Positions 1-9,573 of a stretch of DNA of 36,364 nucleotides are shown one piece after another. Position 1 is the stretch's first letter. Each line of letters starts with the position of its first letter. Source of the stretch: Cyanophora paradoxa CCMP329 (lineage: Eukaryota; Plantae; Glaucophyta); assembly GCA_004431415.1 (NCBI GenBank), contig QPMI01000358.1, positions 1 through 36,364 of the forward strand, written 5' to 3'. The notes under the pieces were generated by a model, which worked only from the letters and a program-made list of their open reading frames with translations, was not told where the DNA came from and searched no databases. Position numbers and translations under genes: made by a program.

Positions 1-58
1 GCACCCGCTGCAACGCGCGCGGGCTAACCGCGCGCCCGGATGTGCGATCCGGATGCAG

Positions 59-1044
59 GGATGCAAGATAAGAGCCCCTCATGCTCTGGTCATGACGTGC
101 GCGATGCCATCCCTGAGTCGGGTTTGCGTTCTGACTGTCTCACTCCGCGCAGCCTCCTCTTCAAAAGGAATTCTCCGTGCGCATGCGCAATTGCAATTGC
201 AAGCGCGCGCTAGCCGTCCTGCGGCGCGGCTAGCTGCAGCTGCACGTGCAGCGCTAGGAATAGCTTCGGAATCATAGTTCTCGCGCGCGAAGCTGCAAGG
301 GCTGGGATCGCGCCCCGCGGCGCCAGTACTAGTGTAGACATAAGCTGAACGCGCGCGTACGCGCGCGCCCGGCCCGCTGGTGCGCAGACTCCGGGAACAA
401 GCGAGGAACATCTTGACGCTGACGTTCAACCACGCGCGGAGCCTTGCGCTGATGGGAGTGTCCTACAAGGCGGCCTCGTGCCTCCTGCGGTGGCTCGCGG
501 GCCCCGGGCAGGCCTGGCAGCACTTCGTCGCCGGCGCCCTCTCCGGGTACGCTCGCCGCGCCCAGCCGGACAGCGGGGGCGCCCAGCGCTAGCCCTGTCC
601 GAGGGGGGCCGGCGGGCAGGTACTTGGTGTTCGGGCGGGGGACGGCGGTGAACGCGCAGATCGTCCTCTACCTCTTCTCCCGCAGCGTCACCGGCCTCGC
701 CCGCCTCGCCCACAAGCGGTGCCCCCGCCCCGCCCGCCTCGCGTCCGCCTCCTTCCGCGAGCGCGCTGCCCATGTACGCCGTCCGCGCAGGGGGCTCATT
801 GAGGGGCCCAGCGAGCCCCACCCGTGGTTCGCCGGTGCGCATGCCCTTGAGCTGCCAGGACGGCCCGTCGCGGGCTGCAGCGGCGGGGGGCGACGGGGGC
901 GCAGCGGTGTGCTGGGGCCTGACGCTGCTGCTGTGGGAGCGGGAGGCGGACGTGCTGCAGCCGTCCCTCGCCGCCTCCCTCGACTACCTCCACCGCCAGA
1001 GCGACCGCTGGCCCGCCGCCGGCTGGCGCGCCCTCCTCTCCTAG
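59..1044 (+). CDS. PXMP4: Peroxisomal membrane protein 4-like (PXMP4/PMP24, Tim17 superfamily); multi-exon, 5' end lies left of the window
   Basis: Spliced exons give GCKIRAPHALVMT / LLFKRNS / LREQARNILTLTFNHARSLALMGVSYK...HFVAGALSG / YLVFGRGTAVNAQIVLYLFSRSVTGLARLAHKR / GLIEGPSEPHPWFA / AVCWGLTLLLWEREADVLQPSLAASLDYLHRQSDRW...stop at 1042-1044. KIRAPHALVMT, N.QI..YL.SR and LQ.SL..S..YL...SD.W are PXMP4-family motifs. GT..AG boundaries are visible. Confidence 0.88.
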
Positions 1045-1395
1045 CGCCCTGCCCCGGGCCCTCCCGCCCCCCCCCCCCCCCCCCCCCCCCCCCTACCACC
1101 CTCCTCCTTGCACTGCCGGCGCGCCCTTGGGGCCCTCGTCCTTCCACAGGCACCCCCCGAGCTGCTCGCCCTCGCCTTTTCCCGGCCCTGCCCTTCCTCC
1201 TTTCGTCTTGCCCCTCCGCTTTCTTCCGCTGCAGTCGGTCGCGATCGATGTTTCTACGAGCCAAAGATGAACTAGCTAACTGCGCATGCGAACTAGCTAA
1301 CTAACTACACGCATATCGTACATTTACAGGTGCGCGCAAGGCAGGGGCTCGATCGAGAGGGTGGCAGGGCGTTGGGGCTACTGTACATGTGGGCG

Positions 1396-3120
1396 TCAGC
1401 GGGGCGCCGGCGCCGGGTCGACCTCGACATCGACGGCGGCGCAGCAGCGGGCGACGATGCCGCGGACGACCTCCGCGGCGAGCGCCTCCCGCGCCTGCGC
1501 CTCCTCGTCCGCCTGCGCGGGCCTCGCGATCGGTGCCGGCCGGCGGCGGCGAAAGGGGCGCGCGGCGGGGCGGGCGGGGCGGACGGGGAAGGAAAGGCGG
1601 GCGCAGGCGAGGTAGTAGCCGGCGGGATCCTTGCCCTGCATCGCGCTCAGCTCCAGCGCCTCAAAGCGCACCTGCCCGCCCGCCCCCGCCCCCGACCCTC
1701 AGAGGCCCCTCCCTCTGCGCGGCCGCGGGGGCACGCGCCTCGCCGAAGTCGTGCTCCGCAAAGGCCGCCCAGCACGCCCCGGGGATCCGGCTGCACACCG
1801 CCCCGGCCTCGGGCTCGGGCTTTCCCGCCCGCCCCCGCCCCGCCCCGCCCGCCCCGCCGCTCCGCTTCTGCTTCTTCGTCGCCGGCGGGGCCGCCCCGTT
1901 GCTCTCCTCCCCGGCGCCCCCGAGGGAGGCCTCCCGCCGGTACTCCCGCAGCGCCGCCATCGCCGGCCTCCCGCTCCCCGCCCCGGCCCGCTGCTGCCGT
2001 CGCCGCTGCTGCAGCTGCCGTCGCCGCCGCTGCCGTCGCCGCCGCTGCTGCCGCCGCCGCTGCTGCCGTCGCGGCCCCGCTGCCGCGGGCGCCGCCGCAG
2101 CCGCCACCGCCGCGCCCGCCTCGGCCAGCGTCCTCAGCGCGCGCTTCTGCAGGGCCGTCACGCATCGCGCGACGCCGCGGAGGAGGGCGCAGGGGCGCAC
2201 GGGAGCTGGCGCGGCGGGCGATGCGTTTTGCTGCGGCGCCTGCGCCGAGCTCGAGGGGAGGGGCACGGCCACCGCCACGGCGCCCGCCTCCTCCTCCGCG
2301 CCGCAGTCCTCGGCCTCCTCCCCCCCCGCGTCGCCCCCCTCCTCCCCGGCCAGCTCGAGCTCCTCCGCGGGGGCGGGGCCCTCCTTGGGGCGGCGGCCGC
2401 GCTTGCGGCCCTTGCGGGCGAGCCAGCGGGCCTTCTTGAGCTTCTCGAAGCGGACCTTAGCGAGGGTGCAGTGCGGCACGAAGTCGAGCCTCGCGGGGGC
2501 GAGCCCCGCCCCCGCGAAGCAGCCGTGCACCGCCGCCGCGAACGCCTCCAGCGCCGCCCGCGCCGCCGACGCCTCCAGCCCGCACCACACCACCCGGCCC
2601 CCGCCGAACGACCCGATCCCCTTCATCCGCAGCGCCGTGGCCCGCGCGGCGGCGGCGAACGCCTCGGCCGCCCGCCGCACCTCATCCGACTCCTCCAGCA
2701 GCGCCTTCGCAACAGCGAGTTCCGCGGGCGACAGCGTCATCACGAAAAGTGTAAAATGCATCGAGGTCGGGTTGATCAAGTGAGTGCTGATCGGCGGCGC
2801 CGCCTCTAGCATCTGAAGACGTTATAGAAGGAATGGTGGAGTAGATTGCGTGGAAGGAGGAGGCCCACCGCTTTCTGGACACGCTCGATCTGCCCATGCG
2901 CAGGCTCAATCGCGCGCGTACGCACGCTGAATGACTGCACGCGCACCTCACTGATCACCGCCGGGCTCGTCAGTCGAAGGCTGAGGAAGTGCGTGGGCCG
3001 CGGCGGAGGCGCGGGCTTCCGGGGCGCTTCCTTCACATCCAGCTCGAGCTTCACGTGATCTGGCGCGCCAGGCACCTCGGATACGCGCAGCACGGCGCGC
3101 ACGCCATCGCCGCCACGCAT
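1396..3120 (-). CDS. AKAP7-type 2H phosphoesterase (2',5'-phosphodiesterase / 2'-5' RNA ligase-like domain) with a long low-complexity insertion
   Basis: Spliced: RPTHFLSLRLTSPAVISE / IERVQKA / MLEAAPPISTHLINPTSMHFTLFVMTL...MKGIGSFGGGRVVW...FVPHCTLAKV...[insertion]...RIPGACWAAFAEHDFGE / VRFEALELSAMQGKDPAGYY. It has two HxT motifs (HFTL, HCTL) and the AKAP7-like P..FLS, G.G.F...V.W and FG...L..M....GYY pattern. Start codon is uncertain. Confidence 0.85.
1990..2110. repeat. Imperfect trinucleotide (GCC/GCT/GTC) microsatellite inside the 2H phosphoesterase insertion
   Basis: ctgctgccgtcgccgctgctgcagctgccgtcgccgccgctgccgtcgccgccgctgctgccgccgccgctgctgccgtcg read directly. Confidence 0.8.
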
Positions 3121-3314
3121 CGCGCGGTGTACCCCCGCCGAAGGTTGAAGTCTGGCGTTGTCGCTGCATCGAGCCTGCGAAACAGTACGTAAAGCGGCCG
3201 TGGGGTAGCGGCCGTAGACCGCGCGTAGACCGCCAGACCCCGGCCGCAAAGCTCCGGGATTCACGCTGGAGCTCGGCGTACGCCGGAAGTTGCCCGGAAC
3301 CGACGCCAGCTGAA

Positions 3315-4401
3315 ATGAGCGGCGCCTGTGGTGGAGCGTCTTGCGGCGGCTGCGCGTGCAGCGGCAAGAATTCGAAGGCGGGTCGCCTCGTGGTCCGGAG
3401 CATTCGCCCTCAGGACGTCGAACGCTGCCGCGCTCTGTTCGGTGCGTTTGCTCGTCAGCTTGGATTGCAGCCGCCCCCGCCGCATCTCTCTCCACCGCTT
3501 GCCTCCCAGCGGCCTCTGATGCAGAACGTACAACCCAGCCGCAGGCATAAAGGAGAACGGGGAGTGGAGTCACCTTCCCATAAGCCGCTTCGCCCCGGTG
3601 ACGCTGGCCGGGATCGCGGCGGCTGCGACCGGGCTCGCCACGCGAGGCGCGGGCTCGCGGGTCGTGCTGGGCGTGCTGGGGCTCGGGGCGGCCCTGGCGG
3701 CGGCGTGCGCGGGGCTATCGGCGCGGGTGCAAGCGGCGATGGAAGAGTACGCCGCCCGCTGCGCCGAGTCTGCACGAGGCTGCAAGCCGAGCGGGCGACA
3801 GGTACGTGCAGGAGCACCTGGCGGGGGACATGGCGGACCCCGTGGCCTTCTACAGCCGCCCCGGCTCCAACTTCTTCGTCGCGGAGGCCCGCCCCGCGGC
3901 CACCCCGCGCCGCCCACTCGCGCGGGGCCTCACAGCGGGGCCGGGCGTGCGCAGGTGGACGGGGAGGTGGTGGGGACGGTGGCGCTGGAGCAGAAGAGCG
4001 CGCAGGTCGCCGAGCTCCGCCGCATGTCCGTCGCCCGCCAGGTCCGCCCTGCCCCCGCCCCCGCCCCTGCCGCCTTGGGATCGCCCTGAGCGGGGACGGG
4101 GCAGGCGCGGGGCCGGGGCGTGGCGCGGGCGTTGTGGCGGGCGCTGGTGGCGTTCGCGCGGGAGCAGAAGTACGAGCGGATCGTGCTGGGGACGACCTCC
4201 CTCATGCTCGACGCCGTCCCCATGTACCAGCGCTGGGGCTTCCGCCTCACCAAGGAGTGGGGCGTCGGTCCGCCCCGCCCCGCCCCGCCCCGCCCCCGCC
4301 GCGGCGCCCTCCGCCCGGGCGCGACCTGCCGCGCAGGGCTCGGGCCCATCATCCGCATCCGGCAGTACGAGCTCCCCCTCGCCGACGCGAGGGGCTTGTA
4401 G
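3315..4401 (+). CDS. GNAT N-acetyltransferase, NAT8/camello-like, with hydrophobic insertion
   Basis: Spliced: MSGAC...RLVVRSIRPQDVERCRALF / AAGIKEN...hydrophobic VLGVLGLGAALAAACAGL...MEE / YVQEHLAGDMADPVAFYSRPGSNFFVAE / VDGEVVGTVALEQKSAQVAELRRMSVARQ / ARGRGVARAL...IVLGTTSLMLDAVPMYQRWGFRL. It carries the acetyl-CoA motif RGRGVA, plus ELRRMSV, DM.D...Y and Y...GF, typical of NAT8-like enzymes. Confidence 0.88.
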
Positions 4402-4441
4402 CTGAGGGCCGCGGGCGACACGCGAGAAGTATGCAGGCGCA

Positions 4442-4447
4442 TTTATT
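4442..4447 (-). promoter_or_regulatory. Candidate AATAAA polyadenylation signal of CBM20 gene copy A (duplicated at 31447-31452)
   Basis: tttatt on the + strand, about 180 nt past the stop codon, in a short AT-rich patch. Conserved in both duplicate arms. Confidence 0.4.
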
Positions 4448-4624
4448 GTGATTCGAGTCGAAGACATTGAAAGTGAAATAGCTATCTACTTGCCTTTAGG
4501 AATTCAAGCACTGCTAGGGAGCTGTACAGGTCGGTCTGGGGCGGGGCGGGGCGGGGGCGGCAGCGGGCCCCGCGCCTCCACGCGGTGTAGAGTACACGCT
4601 GCCGTTTATCGTCGGGGCCGGCGG

Positions 4625-5017
4625 CTACGCGGCGGCCAAGGGAGCGAGGGGCGCGGGGCTCCGGGCGCGCTGGGCGGCGGCGGCGCAGGTCGGGGCCGGA
4701 GCGGCGGGGCGGGCCTCGGGGCAGCACTTGGGGCACGGGAGGAGCCGGTGCTCGGCGACCTGCGCGGGGGTCAGCGGCGGCGGCGGCGGCGGGGGCGGGC
4801 GGGCGGGGGCGGGGCGGGCGGACGAAGGCGGGGTCGCGGCGGCGGGCGAGGACGGCGCAGCGGCGGGCGCGGTGGTAGTGGGAGCTCCCGTCCGCGAGGC
4901 CGAACCGCCGCACGTACAAGCACTCCGCCGCAGGGCCCGCCTCCCCCTCCCCTCCCCCTCCCCTCCGACGAGCACGACGCGTACGCCGCCCGCTGCGCCT
5001 CCGCCGCCTCCTCCGCC

Positions 5018-5050
<33 letters not shown>

Positions 5051-5698
5051 TCGGGCCGGGGCGCGGGGCCGACGGCCACCGCGAGGTGCCCCGCGCGGCG
5101 CCAGCGGTCCGCCACCGCCACGCAGCAGCCGGCGCCGGCCACCTCCACCGTCCTGCGCGCGCCCCGTCGGCGGACGGCCCCGGGGCGGAGGGCGGCGGGG
5201 CTGACGGGGCTGACCGCTGCTGGACGGGCTCGAAGAGGGCGTGCGCCGCGTCGACGACGACGTACGCGTAGCGCACCGCCGCCGGCGCCAGCACCACCGC
5301 CGCCCGCTCCGTCCGCCACACCGCCTCCCCGTCCTCCGTCCCCGCCGCCACCAGCTCCACGCCCCTCTCCGGGTCGAACGACCCTGCGCCGCCTCAGCCG
5401 CCGCCCCGCCGCCCGCCCCGAGCGCTCACGCACCGACGCAGTCGCCCACGACGAGCAGCCGCTGGCCCGCGTTCAGCAGCGGCTCCCGCACGCTGAACGT
5501 CAGCATCGCCGGGCCCGCCGGCACCTCCACCTGCATCCCCCGCAGCGCCAGCTCCCTGCACACCCCCGCGGTCAGCGCTCGGCGCACGAGGGCCGCCGCG
5601 AGCTGCACGCACATCTCACTGTCGATGCCAGCCTCGCTGCCATGCATTTGCACCGTCCGGCTGCTCTCCGTCTCCTCGGGGGCAAGGCAGCGCATCAT
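4625..5698 (-). CDS. CBM20 (starch-binding)-like domain protein with C-terminal Ada-like Zn-ribbon motif, copy A
   Basis: Spliced: MMRCLAPEE...MLTFSVREPLLNAGQRLLVVGDCVG / SFDPERGVEL...VWRTERAAVVLAPAAVRYAYVVVDAAHALFEPVQQR / TVEVAGAGCCVAVADRW (CBM20 pattern). Then an Ala/Glu linker and ECLYVRRFGLADGSSHYHRARRCAVL...VAEHRLLPCPKCCPE. Needs a frame correction in the GAGGG run near 4945-4965. Confidence 0.7.
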
Positions 5699-5776
5699 CT
5701 TGCTCGCGTCTCGTTGATCGGGTTCTTGCTTGCTAGGCTGAGGCTAGAATGCCTGGCCCCTGGTCGTTCTCGCTCC

Positions 5777-5782
5777 TTTATA
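5777..5782 (-). promoter_or_regulatory. Candidate TATA box (TATAAA) of CBM20 gene copy A
   Basis: tttata on the + strand, about 80 nt upstream of the ATG at 5698, in otherwise very GC-rich DNA. Conserved at 30068-30073. Confidence 0.45.
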
Positions 5783-6023
5783 GTCCCGGCCATCGCTCTC
5801 GGGACCCAGCCGCTGAGCTGGACTCGCCACGTAAACCGCGCCGGCCGCGCTCACTGGGACTGAGCGCTGCAGGGCTCAAGTCGCGCGTACCCCCTCCAGG
5901 CCCCTTCCCCGTCGGCCGACTTCGTTACGGGCCTCCGACGTCGACCACATCCAGCTGCAGTTGGAGCTCGGCGCGTTCAGTCGGCACCGTAAGACTCCGA
6001 ACAGGCCCAGCGTCCTCTGCGAG

Positions 6024-8964
6024 ATGGCGGTGCGTTCGGGTTTCGCTTCGTCCGTCTTCCTTGTGCGTTTGCGTCAACGCCCGCTGAGAAGCTGACTCGC
6101 GGCGTCGCCTTCGTAGAATGCCGGTGCGGATCAGACTGAAGCGTACGAGCTGCGCTCGCTCTCAGCGCCTCGCCTTGCGGGCGTGGCGCTGAAGTCGTTC
6201 GCTTGGGTGGCGACATCTTCTATGGGAGGTGAGCTTGTGCATCGAAGCTAGCTCCCCGACTTGCATACGTGCATGAGCTAGCGTCCGTGCGCTGACGCCC
6301 GCGTGACACGTAACGCTCGCAGGCGCCATCATCAACAAGTGCGCAACGCGCTTCGGAAGCGCTGCGTTGCCCTAACGCCGTGCGTCACAGCCTGATGGCG
6401 CGGAGCAACGTGCTCGTCCTGCGCAACCGGAAGTCGGACGCGGCGCCGACCTTCCTGCCCCTGGTCGACTCGGAGGCGCCGAAGGAGGAGCGCGAGAAGG
6501 CGGTGCGCCGCCCCGGGCTGCTCGGAGGCGGCGCCTGGTGACGGGGCGGGGGCGGGCAGGCGGCGGAGACGAAGAAGTTCCTGGAGGCGGCGCCGCGGGC
6601 CGGCGACTCCGGCGAGCGCGCCTCCATCGACTCCTTCGCCGCCGCCTACCGCTCCAAGGGTGCCGGCCCGCGCCCCGGCCCCGGCCCCGGCCCCGGCCCC
6701 GGCGCGACGGGCGGGGCGGAGGGGCAGCGGCGGACCCGGTGGCGGTGGTGGAGAACCTGCTGGCGGCGATCGAGGACTCGAACCGGCGGACGCTGGGGGC
6801 GGTGATCAAGGTGGAGCGGGCGCAGGCGCTGGAGCAGGCGCGGGCGAGCAGCGAGCGGCACGCGGCGGGGCGGCCGCTGGGCCTCCTCGACGGCGTCCCC
6901 GTGCTCGTCAAGGACGAGCTCGACGTCGCCGGCTACGACACCGGCGTCGGCACCACCTTCCTCGCCGCCCACTCCGGCCCCGCCCGCGTCCGCCCCGCCC
7001 CGCCCCTCGCCCGGCCCCGCCCGTCCCGCCCGCCCCGCCCTCAGCGGCGGCGCAGGCGGACGCGGAGGCGGTGCGGCGGCTGCGCGCGGCGGGGGCCGTC
7101 GTCGTCGGCAAGACCTGCATGCAGGAGATCGGTCTGCCCGTCCGCCCGCCCCCGCAGGCCGCGCCGCCTTCCGACGCCCGCCCCGCAGGCATCGGCGTCA
7201 TCGGCGTGCGCCCCGCCCCCGCCCCGCGGCGCCGCGCGGGGCGGGGTGCGAGGGGCGGGCAGAACAACCCGGGACGGGGACGCCGCGCAACCCGTTCAAC
7301 CTGGGCCACTACTGCGGCGGCTCCTCCTCGGGCTCCGCCTCCGCCGCCGGCGCCGGCCTCGTCCCCTTCGCCGTCGGCGCCGACGGCGGTCCGCCCGCCC
7401 CGCCCCGCCCGGCCCGGCCGCCGCCCCGCCCGACGCGCCGCGCGCAGGCGGAAGCATCCGCATCCCGGCCTCCTTCTGCGGCTGCGTCGGCCTCGTGCGC
7501 CCCGCCGCGCCCCGCCGCGCCCCGCGCCCCCGCGGTCCTCACCCGCGCCCCGCAGAAGCCGACCTTCGCCCGCGTGCCCGAGCGCGGTGCGCGGGCCGCA
7601 CCCGCGCCCCCTGCCGCCCCCGCTCCCTCCCCCGACGCCGGCCCGCAGGCGCCTTCCCGCTGTGCCCGTCGGTGGCGCACGTCGGGTGCGGGGCCTTCTG
7701 CTGCGCTTGCGAGGGGGGCGGCTGAGGGGCGGGCAGGCCGATCGGGGGCAGCGTGCGGGACGTGGCCATCGCGTACGCGGCCATGGCGGGGCCCGACCCC
7801 GAGGCCCGCCCGCCCCGCCCCGCCCCGCCGGCCCTCCGGCCCTTATCGCGGGGGGGCGCAGGAGAAGGAGACGGAGAAGCAAGGCCCGGTGGCGGTGGCG
7901 GGGTACGAGGGCGCGCAGCTCGCCGGCCTCCGCGTGGGCATCTACGAGCCCTACTTCTCCGACGCCGACCCCGAGGCGCCCCGCCCCGCCCGCAACGCCG
8001 CGCCCCGCCCCGCCCCGCGGCGCGGCTGAAGGCGGGCAGGTGGTAGGGCTGTGCCGGGAGGCGGTGAAGCGGCTCGAGGCGCGGGGGGCGCGGGTCGTCA
8101 AGGTGGCGATCCCGCGGCTCGAGGAGATGCGCGTCGCCCACGCCATCTCCATCGCCTCCGAGATGGCCGCCGCCATGAACGCGCGCCCCCGGCCCCGCCC
8201 GCCCCGCCGCGCCCCGCCCGCCCCGCCTCACGCGGCGGCGGCGGCGGCAGTCGTACGAGGAGAGCCGCTCGTACCAGCACCACGTCCCCGACACGAGCGT
8301 GCTCCTCGCCTGCGCACGGGCCTTCACGTGCCGCCCCGGCCGCCCCGCCGCCCCCCGGGGCGGGCGTGACGGGCGCAGATCGGCGGACTACGTGAAGGCG
8401 ATGCAGGTGCGGACGGAGTCGATGGCCGTCGCCCGCCGCCTCTTCGCCGAGTGCGACGTCGTCGCCACCCCCTCCACCGCCGTCCCCGCCCCCGTCCGCC
8501 CCCGCGCCCCGCGCCCCCACGCCCTGCCCGGCCCCGGGCGGGGCCGCGCCGAGCGGGGCGGGCAGGCGATCGCGTCGGACGCGCTGTGGGCCGGGGAGAG
8601 CAACGCCGGCCTCACCTCCGCCATCATGCGCTTCGCCTTCTTCGCCAACCTCACCGGCCCGCCCCCGTCCCGCCCGGCCCCGCCCCCGCCCCTCACGCCC
8701 CCCGCAGGCATCCCCGGCATCTCCGTCCCCGTCGGCTACGCGGCCGCCGGCGGTGCGGGGGGCGGCGTGGGCGCGCGCCGGGGGCGGGGCGGGCGTGATG
8801 GGACGGGCAGGGCTGCCGGTGGGCCTGCAGCTGATGGGCCCCTGGTGGAGCGAGCGGCTGCTCCTCGGCGTCGCCCACGCCGTCGAGGCCGACGCCCCCC
8901 GCCGCGCCCCGCCCTCCTCTACAACCCCCTCCGCGGCCCCGCCCCCCTCGTCCCCCACCCGTAG
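6024..8964 (+). CDS. FAAH: Amidase-signature family enzyme, plant-type fatty acid amide hydrolase (FAAH)-like; many short exons
   Basis: Spliced motifs: YELRSLSAPRLAGVALKSF (plant FAAH N-terminus), LGLLDGVPVLVKDELDVAGYDTGVGT (catalytic Lys), [57 protein letters not shown] (Ser-cisSer-Lys triad intact), DVVATPST, ANLTGIPGISVPVGY, GLPVGLQLMGPWWSERLLL. Single-base frameshifts near 7276 and ~8900 lie in homopolymers. Confidence 0.9.
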
Positions 8965-9573
8965 CGCCCCTCTCGCAAATGAATCGCGCCCCGAGCCCCG
9001 CCGGCCCCGCCTGCTTCGACCCGCGCGTTAACATTCCCGTTCCCGTTTCTACGTCTTGCTCCCCCGGGGCCCTGCATGGGCGGCTGCTCGGGAAGAGTTC
9101 TGCACCTGCCCCTTCAACTTCTCCCTAGGTCCTGCATGAGGCCTCGCGAGCCCGCGCCTTCACTCTCCCACATCGTTCTCCCCTTCTATAGCTCTTCTGA
9201 GAATAATTAAGCTTCCACTAGCTATACTTTTCACATTTCTCGATCTCCGGATCCCTCGATCCGAGGCTCAATCCCTCTTAATTTCTCTCGAGCTCTGGCC
9301 CTAGCTCCTTCTTTTCTCTCGAGCTCTAGCGCCCCGTGGCCAGTACCCCGCCCAGCTCGCTCAGTACCCCGAGTTCAGGTGCGCGCTTCCCGCGGGTCCG
9401 TCGCGCGCCATCCAGCGCGAGAACGACGCGATAGAGCGAGAGAGGTAGCCATGGAGAGCGTGGTTTGCGCCCCTGCAATGCGGAATCGTGGCTGGCCGCG
9501 GGCCGTCGCGGACGACCATTTGCGCAGGTTTCTGGCCAGAAACGCTCGCAAAGCTCGCTTCTCGACTTGCAAA

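Larger units (their letters stand above)
4234..5911 (+). repeat. Left arm of a ~1.7 kb inverted segmental duplication (partner 29951-31677)
   Basis: The reverse complement of 29951-31677 aligns along its whole length with scattered substitutions and indels. Examples: 5881 tcgcgcgtacccc...ccccttccccg vs 29951 cggggaagggg...gtacgcgcga; 4441 atttattgtgattcgagtcgaagac vs 31430 gtcttcgactcgattcacaataaat. Confidence 0.95.

Noticed and set aside
7270-8915. Programmed frameshifting or pseudogenisation of FAAH (also ABC1 near 32870 and CBM20 copy A near 4950)
   Set aside because: Each shift is a one-base deficit in a G or C homopolymer within an otherwise intact gene. Long-read consensus error is the simpler explanation; short-read polishing would settle it.
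1330-8958. Many long Pro/Arg/Ala/Gly-rich ORFs in the six-frame track (e.g. 1389..2783, 6660..8369; likewise 31894..33351)
   Set aside because: Stop-poor shadow frames caused by very high GC. The real proteins emerge only after splicing and change frame between exons.
9280-9372. Short direct repeats upstream of the Prx-like gene (tttctctcgagctct x2, cagtaccccg x2); also gaactagctaact x2 near 1270-1295
   Set aside because: Small local slippage duplications in UTR/promoter DNA with no evidence of function.
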